Below are positions 26,837 to 38,726 of a stretch of DNA of 64,000 bases, one piece after another. The position numbers were made by a program, and so were the translations under genes. The DNA is from Verrucomicrobiia bacterium. Lineage in GTDB: Bacteria; Verrucomicrobiota; Verrucomicrobiia; Limisphaerales; UBA8199. The stretch spans positions 412 through 64,411 of the forward strand of contig DATDCV010000050.1 in NCBI GenBank assembly GCA_036524155.1. The letters are read 5' to 3'. A model generated the notes under the pieces. The model was not told the DNA's origin, did not search any database, and was given only the letters and a program-made list of their open reading frames with translations. Each line of letters starts with the position of its first letter. Positions within the stretch are counted from its first letter, which is position 1.

Positions 26837-26965
26837 TTAAACTATAGCATTCACCTTCATGATTCTGGCCTCTTCAGGCCCCACTTGTTCATTCTTAAAA
26901 AGCAAAGTAGCAGGCCTCACGCCCAAGAGTTCCGCTGCGCTATCGCGTCCGCTAATCTTCCAATC
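26837..26965 (-). pseudogene. relic of the C-terminal Fis-type HTH of a sigma-54 activator
   Basis: The minus-strand frame reads DWKISGRDSAAELLGVRPATLLFKNEQVGPEE...*. Compare NWKISGPDSAAELLGLKPTTLLSRMTKWGLKK at the 3' end of CDS 33772..35367. The nucleotide alignment 26869-26965 vs 33790-33885 is roughly 70% identical by eye. There is no upstream continuation because it abuts the Rrf2 promoter region. Confidence 0.6.
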
Positions 26966-27002
26966 AATTGACGAATGACGACCGAACAAGTAGTGTTTAC
27001 TC

Positions 27003-27467
27003 ATGCGAGTTTCGAAGAAGACCGATTACGCGCTCCGCGCCATCTTTACACTAGTCGAGCATTTCGGTAGAGGACCTATCCCCATCCGCGAACTCTCCCG
27101 CCGCAACGACGTCCCGAAGAAGTTCCTCGAACAAATCCTCCTCGCCATGAAGAAGCGTGGCTGGGTGGACAGCGCACCTGGTTTGCGTGGCGGCTACGTC
27201 CTCGCCAAGGCCCCCGAGAAAATCACCATGGGTGAGGTCGTCCGCCATTTCGACGGCATCCTGGCACCCATCGCCTGCGTCTCCGTAAACGGTTACAGGC
27301 GCTGCTCGCAGGAACCACTCTGCCGCTTCCGCCGGGTTTTTCTCAATGCCCGCAACTACGTCGCCGGCCTCCTCGACCACGCCACCTTGGCCGACGTTGC
27401 TCAGGGACTGCCAGTCGCCCGCCCCGAAGTCTCCACCCCCGGATTCACCGGCGGCGAAGGTATTTGA
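27003..27467 (+). CDS. Rrf2 family transcriptional regulator (IscR/CymR-like, Cys-containing)
   Basis: MRVSKKTDYALRAIFTLV...PIPIRELSRRNDVPKKFLEQILLAMKKRGWVDS..RGGY is the Rrf2 wHTH. A three-Cys cluster, CVSVNGYRRCSQEPLC, is present. Confidence 0.9.
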   Translation: MRVSKKTDYALRAIFTLVEHFGRGPIPIRELSRRNDVPKKFLEQILLAMKKRGWVDSAPGLRGGYVLAKAPEKITMGEVVRHFDGILAPIACVSVNGYRRCSQEPLCRFRRVFLNARNYVAGLLDHATLADVAQGLPVARPEVSTPGFTGGEGI

Positions 27468-27498
27468 CCACCCTTCGAAAAAAAATTTCAAAAGGGGG

Positions 27499-27526
27499 TT
27501 GACGACCTTTCCGAATCATGTAATAT
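27499..27526 (+). promoter_or_regulatory. candidate sigma-70 promoter (TTGACG-N16-TAATAT) ahead of the sulfur operon
   Basis: ttgacg lies at 27499-27504 and taatat at 27521-27526. This is preceded by an A-rich tract and followed by a ~240-nt leader before the ATG at 27776. Confidence 0.4.
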
Positions 27527-27775
27527 ACGACCAAGATAGTAGAGATTCGATGCAAAAATTAGCGCCAATGTCAGTTCGTAGAACGCCCAGCCGGCGGCTA
27601 TCAGCCGCAGCTCTGCCGCACTCTCTTTTTGTTGCCCATAATGACTACTGGTTAAGTCGCTATTTGTCGAACAACCCTTTTGCCGACCGGCTCACCGGAG
27701 GCCACATCAACATCCCGCTACAGGCCGCACCGACCGGACACCCGGAAGTTCGCCACAACTTCTGACTACGACATC

Positions 27776-28768
27776 ATGAACCTAACGGCAAAAGAATCAC
27801 CCCACCACAACACAACACCCCGCCTCGGAGCTCTCCTCGCTGCGGCCCTGCTGGCCCTCGCTCCCAGCGCCACGAGTGCGGACGAGGCCACCAACTCCCC
27901 ACCGACAAAGGTCGAAAAACCGCCTCCCCTTCCACTGCACCAGATCGAAGGCAACGGCGGCATCTTCTCCACCCTCTCGGCCTACATCGTCAATCCGCCC
28001 CGGGACGGCGAGCCGCTCGGGCGTCCGTCCGTCGGGTTCAGCTACGTGGATATCGGCCACGGTCAGAATCTAGATGCATTCACCCTGACCGAGTCACCCT
28101 GGAAGCGGCTCGAACTCGGCTTTGCCTACGACCGCTATGACCTGGGCGATCTGCCGAAGGACATTCTCGCCACCACCGGCGTCAATCTCGATGAACAAAC
28201 GGTATCGCTGTACAACTTCAGCGCCCGCCTCCAAATCCTCAAGGAGAACGAGTTCGACCAGAAATGGCTTCCAGCCCTGACGACCGGCGCGCATTTCAAA
28301 TACAACAGCACCTACAGCAGCCTCGATAGCCAACTCGGCGGAGCCCTGTCCAGCTCCGGCATTACGGACGACACCGCGGTGGATTTTACGCTCTACGCCT
28401 CCAAGCTTCTCACCTTCCTGCCCCGGCCCGTCCTCATCGAAGCGGGCGGCCGCGCCACCAGGGGCGTCGAGCTGGGTTTGGTCGGCTTCACTCCCGGCTA
28501 CAGCTTCTTGTTTGAAGGCAACATCGCCGTGTTCCTCACGGACCGGCTCATTCTCGCCGCCGAATACCGCCAGCAGCCAAACGACTACAAACCCATCGCC
28601 GCCGGCGGCCAGACCCTGGTCGGCGCTTCTGGCGATTGGTGGACCATCGATGCCGCCTACGTCATCAACAATCACTGGACCATCGCCGCCGGCTACGGCC
28701 ATTTCGGCCAAGTCCTCAACCACGAAGCGAACGGCGTCTGGGGCCTCACGACCAAATACGAATTCTGA
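27776..28768 (+). CDS. DUF3034-like outer-membrane beta-barrel protein
   Basis: Has a signal peptide (LGALLAAALLALAPSATSA). HQIEGNGGIFSTLSAYI, LAAEYRQQPNDY and AAGYGHFGQVL resemble the DUF3034 hallmarks (IEG-x-GG, EYR-x-x-P-x-N, AY-x-x-x-G). It ends in KYEF. Confidence 0.7.
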   Translation: MNLTAKESPHHNTTPRLGALLAAALLALAPSATSADEATNSPPTKVEKPPPLPLHQIEGNGGIFSTLSAYIVNPPRDGEPLGRPSVGFSYVDIGHGQNLDAFTLTESPWKRLELGFAYDRYDLGDLPKDILATTGVNLDEQTVSLYNFSARLQILKENEFDQKWLPALTTGAHFKYNSTYSSLDSQLGGALSSSGITDDTAVDFTLYASKLLTFLPRPVLIEAGGRATRGVELGLVGFTPGYSFLFEGNIAVFLTDRLILAAEYRQQPNDYKPIAAGGQTLVGASGDWWTIDAAYVINNHWTIAAGYGHFGQVLNHEANGVWGLTTKYEF

Positions 28769-30106
<1,338 letters not shown>

Positions 30107-30198
30107 TCCACCCGGCGCCAAATCCCAAGCTTTCGCCTTCGGCAGTACGAAGGCGCATCACCAAACACCCACGCAAATAGACAATCGAACCATTAAGT

Positions 30199-30489
30199 AT
30201 GAGCACTGAAAGAACACACCAAAATGAAGTTGCCAATCGCGCCTACCGCCTTTGGGAAAGCGCAGGACGGCCGCACGGGCGAGACCTGGAATTCTGGGTC
30301 CAGGCCGAAGCCGAGACCCACGGACACGTGACCAGCGACACAACGGGCTTTCCGGATACCGCCGCCGAGAGTCCCATTCAGGCGCCCCAATCCACTCCCT
30401 CTGTGGCCACACACACCCGCGGCTTCCAGCACCGGACCGGCTCCTCAGCCCAAAGCGCCGCACGGAAAGGCACAGGCCGCGCCCGTTAA
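30199..30489 (+). CDS. DUF2934 family protein
   Basis: VANRAYRLWESAGRPHGRDLEFWVQAE is the DUF2934 core. The C-terminal tail is low-complexity. Confidence 0.7.
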   Translation: MSTERTHQNEVANRAYRLWESAGRPHGRDLEFWVQAEAETHGHVTSDTTGFPDTAAESPIQAPQSTPSVATHTRGFQHRTGSSAQSAARKGTGRAR

Positions 30490-30533
30490 CCACTGTTACA
30501 GCGCAGCATGCAACGGACGCGCCGCCTTCTCTT

Positions 30534-30767
30534 ATGACAAAGACAAGCCCCACCCTGCTCCCCAAGGACGCAATCGGCGAACCAGGCTGGCTTGAGTTGG
30601 TCCGCCAGCACGTCGGTTCGCTGCGCTACGGCGTCGTGCAAATCATCGTGCACGACGCGCAAGTCACCCAGATCGAAAGAACCGAGCGCGTGCGCCTCGA
30701 CAACCGCGTCCAAACAGCCACCCAAGCCCGCCAGCCGGCGGCCCGTGCCACCATCATCAACGCCTGA
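30534..30767 (+). CDS. YezD/DUF2292 family small protein (second copy)
   Basis: Starts at ATG 30534. LRYGVVQIIVHDAQVTQIERTERVRL parallels CDS 3643..3837. Confidence 0.8.
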   Translation: MTKTSPTLLPKDAIGEPGWLELVRQHVGSLRYGVVQIIVHDAQVTQIERTERVRLDNRVQTATQARQPAARATIINA

Positions 30768-30786
30768 TTCTCAGCCTCCACGCACT

Positions 30787-31614
30787 ATGACCACTGCCTA
30801 TCAAACCTCGACGTCACTGCAAGGTGCCCCGCGCTCAGCGCATCGCCACCTCGACACCATTACCGCGCCTCTGGCCGCAATTTCCAGCCGGTCCTCCAGC
30901 CTTATCGCCTGCCCACCGGGCCGGTTCGAGTTGGCCGGCCAGACCCACGACCTGCCACGCTACCTGTTCCTGGGCCCCGCCGGTGGTGCGGAACCCATCC
31001 GCATCGGTATCTTCGCTGGCCTCCACGGCGACGAACCGGCCTCCTCCTTCGCCCTCCTGCGCTTCGTGCAACTCCTCGAGGAGAACCCCCAAATCGCTCG
31101 CGGCTATTGCCTGTTTCTCTACCCGGTCTGCAATCCGACCGGTTTCGAGGACAACACCCGCCACAACCGCGACGGAAAGGATCTCAACCGCGAGTTCTGG
31201 CGCAACTCCCCCCAGCCCGAAATCCGCCTGCTCGAATCCGAACTCGCAGCCCACGCTTTTAACGGCATCGTCTCCCTTCACACCGACGACACCAGCCACG
31301 GTCTTTACGGCTACGCCCATGGAGCCGTGATCACCCGGCATCTTCTCCAGCCTGCCCTCGCCGCCGCTGCCGAGTTCCTGCCGCTGAATGAAGACGGCGT
31401 AATTGACGGCTTCCGCGCCCGCGACGGCATTATTCTGGACAGCTTCGAGGGGGTCCTGCGTGCCCCGCCTGCAACCCGACCGCGGCCGTTCGAAGTCATC
31501 CTCGAGACTCCCCACGCGGCGCCGCAATACCTCCAGGAAGCTGCCCTCGCGGTCGCGCTTCGCACCATCCTCGACGAATACCGCGCATTCATCGCGCACG
31601 CCGCAAACCTGTAG
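30787..31614 (+). CDS. succinylglutamate desuccinylase/aspartoacylase (AstE/AspA, M14-like) family zinc hydrolase
   Basis: Has [14 protein letters not shown] (H-x-x-E zinc site), [26 protein letters not shown] and SLHTDD. Starts at ATG 30787. Confidence 0.75.
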   Translation: MTTAYQTSTSLQGAPRSAHRHLDTITAPLAAISSRSSSLIACPPGRFELAGQTHDLPRYLFLGPAGGAEPIRIGIFAGLHGDEPASSFALLRFVQLLEENPQIARGYCLFLYPVCNPTGFEDNTRHNRDGKDLNREFWRNSPQPEIRLLESELAAHAFNGIVSLHTDDTSHGLYGYAHGAVITRHLLQPALAAAAEFLPLNEDGVIDGFRARDGIILDSFEGVLRAPPATRPRPFEVILETPHAAPQYLQEAALAVALRTILDEYRAFIAHAANL

Positions 31615-31678
31615 CCACCACCTGGAACCTGGCCGCAACACTGTCTCGAACGGAAAACAACGCAACGGAAATGAACAC

Positions 31679-32458
31679 ATGAACTCACAGAACAGAAAGA
31701 ACAAGAACGGACCCCACGCCGCTCAGGCGGAGGAAGCACCTCACGCATTCACCCTGATCGAACTGCTCGTCGTCATCGCCATCATCGCGATTCTGGCGAG
31801 CATGCTCCTTCCCGCCCTCGCCCTCGCCAAAGAGGCCGGGAAAAAAACCAGTTGCTTGAACAGCGTCCGCCAGATCGGCCTCGGTTATCAGGGCTTCCTG
31901 GGCGATAACAACGACCGATTTCTCGCCTACGTAACCGAGCGCACCGCTCCCGCGGGGACGCCCGACACCCCAGAGGCCCGCGCCCCGTACTCCTATCGCC
32001 AACAGCTCCAGCCCTATATTTCCGGCACCAACGTCTTCAAATGCCCCGACGGACTGCCCTGGCCCGACCCACGGGCCGGGGCCTGGTTCAACACCGATTA
32101 TGGTAACAACCATAATGAGGCGAACCTCCCCGGCGCCTCCCAACAGGCCTGGTTCGCCGCCCATCCGGATTTCGGCTTCAACGAAACCGTCAGCGCCAGC
32201 ACGTTGCCCCGCCCGACAGAATTCATCCTGCTGGCCGACGCCGGGCGCTCCGACAACACGCCTTCCCGCGGCGGCATGTACCCGCAGCCCTGGGCTTTCG
32301 ACGTCAGCTCCCAGGCCAGAATGCTTGGGCGCCACACCAAAGGCACTGCCAACGTAGTCTTCGGCGACTGCCACGCTCAGAGCACCAAAACCAACCTCAC
32401 CTGGCGCTCAATCGACGACAACAACTGGCGGCGCTACCAGGTCACCGCTGCCACGTAA
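31679..32458 (+). CDS. prepilin-type N-terminal cleavage/methylation domain protein (PVC DUF1559 / H-X9-DG-like)
   Basis: Has [25 protein letters not shown] and the C-terminal [16 protein letters not shown] tail typical of the expanded PVC prepilin-like family. Confidence 0.85.
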   Translation: MNSQNRKNKNGPHAAQAEEAPHAFTLIELLVVIAIIAILASMLLPALALAKEAGKKTSCLNSVRQIGLGYQGFLGDNNDRFLAYVTERTAPAGTPDTPEARAPYSYRQQLQPYISGTNVFKCPDGLPWPDPRAGAWFNTDYGNNHNEANLPGASQQAWFAAHPDFGFNETVSASTLPRPTEFILLADAGRSDNTPSRGGMYPQPWAFDVSSQARMLGRHTKGTANVVFGDCHAQSTKTNLTWRSIDDNNWRRYQVTAAT

Positions 32459-32504
32459 GGCCACCAAAGCCCGCTTCACCAACTCACAAATCAAAACAAA
32501 CATT

Positions 32505-33467
32505 ATGCCTATCCACTCTGACATTATCAGCACCGTGGGCCGCACCCCACTCGTAAAACTCAATCGCATCGCCACCGGCGCTCCGGCCACCATCGCGCTC
32601 AAAGGCGAATTCTTCAACCCGCTTGGGAGCGTCAAAGACCGCATTGGTTACGCCATGATCGCTGCCGCCGAGCGCGAGGGCATCCTCAAGCCCGGCACCA
32701 CCATCATCGAGCCGACCTCGGGCAATACCGGAATCGCGCTGGCCTTTGTCGCCGCCGCCAAAGGTTACCGGCTCATCCTGACTATGCCCGAGAGCATGAG
32801 CCTCGAACGCCGGACCCTCCTGGCGCTGCTTGGCGCCAGGCTCGTGCTCACCCCGGCCACGGAAGGCATGAAAGGCGCCATCAAAAAGGCCGAGGAGCTA
32901 AACAAAGAAACACCAGACTCCTGGATCCCCCAGCAGTTCAACAACCCCGCCAACCCGGAGGTTCATCGCCAGACAACCGCCGAGGAAATCTGGACCGACA
33001 CCGAAGGCAAAGCCGACATCCTGGTCTCCGCGGTAGGCACCGGTGGCACCATTACCGGCGTGAGTGAAGTCCTCAAACTCCGCAAGAAATCCTTCCGCTC
33101 CATCGCCGTAGAGCCGAAAGACTCGCCCGTAATCACCCAGACACGCAACGGCGAACCTCTGAAGCCCGGCCCACATAAGATTCAAGGCACTGGCGCTGGC
33201 TTCGTGCCTCACAATCTCAATCTCCAAATCGTGGACGAGGTCATCACGGTCAGCAACGAAGACGCCTTTGCCACCGCCCGCCGCCTGGCCTTAGAGGAGG
33301 GCATCCTCGCCGGCATTTCCACCGGCGCCAACGTCTGGGCCGCCTTGCAGGTCGCGAATCGCGCTGAAAACAAGGGCAAGCTTATCGTCACCATCGGCTG
33401 TAGCACCGGCGAGCGCTACCTCAGCACCGCCCTGGCCGACGACGCCCGCAGGCAGGTCCAGTCCTGA
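32505..33467 (+). CDS. cysK: cysteine synthase A (O-acetylserine sulfhydrylase)
   Basis: Has [22 protein letters not shown] (PLP-Lys), [21 protein letters not shown] and GTGGTITG. The length is 320 aa. Confidence 0.93.
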   Translation: MPIHSDIISTVGRTPLVKLNRIATGAPATIALKGEFFNPLGSVKDRIGYAMIAAAEREGILKPGTTIIEPTSGNTGIALAFVAAAKGYRLILTMPESMSLERRTLLALLGARLVLTPATEGMKGAIKKAEELNKETPDSWIPQQFNNPANPEVHRQTTAEEIWTDTEGKADILVSAVGTGGTITGVSEVLKLRKKSFRSIAVEPKDSPVITQTRNGEPLKPGPHKIQGTGAGFVPHNLNLQIVDEVITVSNEDAFATARRLALEEGILAGISTGANVWAALQVANRAENKGKLIVTIGCSTGERYLSTALADDARRQVQS

Positions 33468-33584
33468 CTCGATCGTGGCGCCTTCGGCAAATGTAAGGCG
33501 GGTTCCCAACTCGACCCGCCAATCGGCACCGCCCTCTTGCTGAGCAGGTCCTCGGAGCAGCGCAGTGGAGGCACGTGTCAGACC

Positions 33585-33699
33585 CGGAAAGGAACTTGTG
33601 GACCACCTCCGGGATGATGGACCGCAGGAGGCCGTAGCGGGGCTGATACTTCCGGGGACAGACCTCCTGGAACTCGTGATAATGGCGGTGGGCGCACTG
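33585..33699 (-). pseudogene. possible relic of an IS91-family transposase N-terminus
   Basis: The minus-strand frame reads HYHEFQEVCPRKYQPRYGLLRSIIPEVVHKFLSGSD. This resembles the segment preceding the zinc-binding domain of IS91-type transposases (..YG-x-LR-x-x-I-x-E-V-V-x-K-F-L-x-CGD..). It is interrupted by a stop upstream and decays downstream. Confidence 0.3.
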
Positions 33700-33771
33700 T
33701 CAGAGCGGCGACTTTCTAGGATTTTTGGGGCGATAAAGTTGCGTTGGTCCAGCCGCGCGCGCAACTCGAAC

Positions 33772-35363
<1,592 letters not shown>

Positions 35364-35367
<4 letters not shown>

Positions 35368-38300
35368 AAATTCTGTTTGGCTGCAGATTGTTGTATTTCC
35401 AGCAATTTCAAAAGCCGATTGTAATCAAGCTGCGTCGCTACTCTATTCAGGGCCCCACCCAACGAAGCGTCCCGCTCTGTGACATGCGTGATGAGGGCCT
35501 GCGTGCGAGCCGTGTCCAGCTCGACTACGGCCTGACGCAAATCCCGCAGCAGTTCCATTGGCAGAGCGGCCAACTGTTTCTGATGCAAGGCAAACTCCGG
35601 CATGTCCGGGATGCTTTCTGGATGGCCCGCCTTTTCATAAATGAACTTCAGACGCAGATGCCGCGCCAAAGTATCAAAGATCTCCTGCTCGCGGAACGGC
35701 TTCCTCACAAAGTCATCGCAACCGGCCGCCATAATCGATCTCCTCTCCTCCTCCAACGCGTGTGCTGTAAGTGCGATGACTTTGGCAGCAGCGGCAGCCT
35801 TGGTCGCCCGAATTCGCCGGACTGCGTCCAGCCCGTCCATAACCGGCATCCGGATATCCATCCAAATCAAATCCGGATGCCATTGCTCAAACAAACGCAC
35901 GGCTTCCTGGCCGTTCACGGCGTCGCGCAGCTCAAAACCAAGCGGCTCCAGGAGCCTTCGCAATAGCAGGCGGTTTTCCGCCTGGTCCTCGACAATCAGG
36001 AGTCGGCACCGAGGCTGCCCCTCGGCCAACCTCACTACGCGCCCGCGCGTCGATTCCTCCGGTTCGGCAACCGACGGAAGCACCCTCACCGGAATCGTGA
36101 AATAGAAAACGGATCCTTTGCCTGGTTCGCTGGCAACCCCAATCTGCCCCCCTATGAGCTCGACATATTGCTTGCAGATGGCCAAACCCAATCCCGTCCC
36201 AGCGCGTGCGGGGGCTTGCTCGCCCAATTGCACGAAGGGAAAGAAGATACGGTGCGCATCCTGCTGTGCGATGCCCGGTCCCGAGTCTTCAACCTCAAAC
36301 CGGACTTCAGCTTTTTCAGGTTCGTCTTGACTGGTTAGGCCAGCTCGGAGCTTCACCCCGCCTGAATCTGTATACTTTATAGCGTTGCCAACCAGGTTGA
36401 TCAGCACTTGGCGCAACTTGCCGGCGTCCACCGCTACGAACCGAGGCAGATCGGGGGCGCGCTCCAAACTGAAACGGAGTCCCTTTTCTGCCGCGCTCAC
36501 ACCCATCAGCGATTGAATTTCATGCACCAACTGATGCAAATCTGCTTCGGTTTCCTCCAGGGCCACGCCACCCGATTCGATCTTGGCCATGTCCAAGACA
36601 TTGTTGATGAGATTCAGCAGGTGCTCGCCGCTGCGCACAATGATGTCCAGCGCTTCCCGCTGGCGTGGCGTCACGTCCGGCCCGCTCTTGATGAGCCTCG
36701 AAAAGCCGAGCACGGCGTTAAGAGGAGTGCGCAACTCATGACTCATGTTGGCCAGGAACCGGCTCTTTTCGCGATTGGCGGCTTCGGCGCGGGCCTTGGC
36801 TTCCGCCAATTGCTCCGTTCGATGCCTCACCATTTCTTCAAGGTTCTCCCTATGCTTCCGCAGTTCCTCCTCGGCCTGTTTGCGTTCGGTGACATCGATC
36901 GCTGTGCCGACATATTCGACGACTTTCCCTGTTTCATCGCGCACCGGATGGCCGAGCGCGTGGATGTGCTTGACCGTCCCATCGGGCAGGAGGATCCGGT
37001 GCTCGTGCTCGTACTCTGACGGTCGATGCGCGAGGTTCACCAGCCACTCGTAGATTCGATCGCGATCTTCCGGGTGCAGGCGTCCTCTGAACTCTTCGTT
37101 TGTTGGCAGCCCCTGCTTCGGGTCCAAGCCGAAAATGCGGAACATTTCCTCGGAAAAATAAAGCGGCTGGAGAGTGATCGGACTCCAGGCCCAACTGCCC
37201 GTGTGGGTCAGTCGCTGCCCTTCCGCCAGATAAGCCTCACTTCTACGCAGGGCCTCATCAGCCCGCTTGCGCTCGGTGATGTCTACGCCGATGCTCAGGA
37301 TCTCTGTCACGTCGCCGTGCGTGTCCAGCACCACCTTGTTGGTCCAGGCAATCCACACGCGGTCACCGTTGCGACGCATGTTCTCATTGACGTTTTGCTC
37401 GAATGCCGACGGGTTGGCAGTGATATTCTCCATCAGCTTCTGTAAATCCCGGCCACGACTTTCGGTGTCCGGGACAATGGTGCCGACCACGTGACGGCCG
37501 CGAATCTCGGCGTCTGTGTATCCGAAAAAGCGCTGGCCAAACTCGTTCAAGTGGATGATTCGCCCGTCGCGCTGCCAGTGCAGAATAATGCTGTTGGCTT
37601 GCTCCACGAGTTGATGGTATTTCCTTTGGCTCTCGCGCAGTGCCTCCTCGGCGCGTTTGCGCTCCGTGATATCCCGCACGAGGCCCAGGTTGTAAGCCCG
37701 ACCGCCGTATTCGATATAATTGGCGCTGACCTCGACCGGGAACGTGCGGCCATTCCGGGTTCGGTGGCGGCTTTCGAAAAGCAATGACCGCCGCGTTTGG
37801 AGTTCGCGCCAGTGGGCGGCCCAACGCTCGATTGGAAAGTCAGGATCGATATCGGAAACCGCCATGTGCATTAGTTCCTCGCGGCTATAACCAAGCACCC
37901 GACAGCCCTCCTCGTTGACATAGTGCAGACGCGCCTGCTTATCGATCAGAAAGGCTGCTTCGTGTACCTTGTCCAAAGCGAAGTTGAGGAGGGCGAGTCG
38001 CTCCTCTGCTTCTTTGCGCTCAGCAAGCTCCTGTTCCAACCTCTGTTTGGCCTGTTCGAGGCGTTTGCCTGCAAGGCGAACTTCCTCGAACGCGCGCGCG
38101 TTGGCGATGGCGGCCCCCACTTGATTAGCCAAGAGAATTCCCCACGGCCGGAGTTCCTCCTGAAACGCCTCGCGGCTGCCCGTTACTATGGCGCCCAAGA
38201 CCTCCCCTTTGTAGCTGATCGGATTGACGGCATAACCCTGGATGCCCTCTTCGCGCATCCAATCGGGATCCAGCGGAGATGCTGGCTTTGTGTTCAAATC

Positions 38301-38726
38301 CGAAACGGCTCGCTGCTGACGGCTTACCACCACGCTCCCAATTGGCGGCGCTCCGAGCGGCTCACGAGAGACTTGAGGAGCCAATCTTCGAAAGCCTTTC
38401 CCCGGAGGCACAATCGAGTTAGCTTTCGCCGCCGCCAGGTGCAGGCAGCGGGACTGGTCGGGACAATCAGGGCGGCGTGGGCAGGTGGCGCACAGGTCGC
38501 CCTTGTCGATCAGCCAAACTTGAGCGAAGGCCATGTGCTGTTCCATGACACGATCTAGCAACCTCTGCAGAAGTAGGTCCAGCGACTGCTCGTGGGCAAG
38601 GTCCAGCAGCACCCGGACAGCGTAATTCGGATCGAATCGGTTGTCGTTGGTCGGTTCCATGACCCGTTCAGATAAACGTATTTTGGCCGAGTTTTGAAGC
38701 GGCGCAAGGCTACCTTGGGGCATCAC
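35364..38726 (-). CDS. soluble hybrid sensor histidine kinase (GAF, 3 PAS/PAC, HisKA-HATPase, REC, Hpt-like C-terminus)
   Basis: H-box is FLANMSHELRTPLNAV. N-box is NLVGNAIKYT. G-boxes are DSGPGI and GTGLGLAICKQY. REC is LLIVEDQAENRLL..LIWMDIRMPVMDG. No TM segment was seen. It overlaps the downstream RR by 4 nt and the upstream kinase by 17 nt. Confidence 0.9.

Noticed and set aside
27533-27775. SAM-I-like fragment agcgccaatgtcag (compare GGUGCCAAUUCCAGC) in the sulfur-operon leader.
   Set aside because: No accompanying GGGA/GGCCC kink-turn or P1 elements were seen, so it is not callable as any known SAM riboswitch by eye. It is kept only as an unclassified leader.
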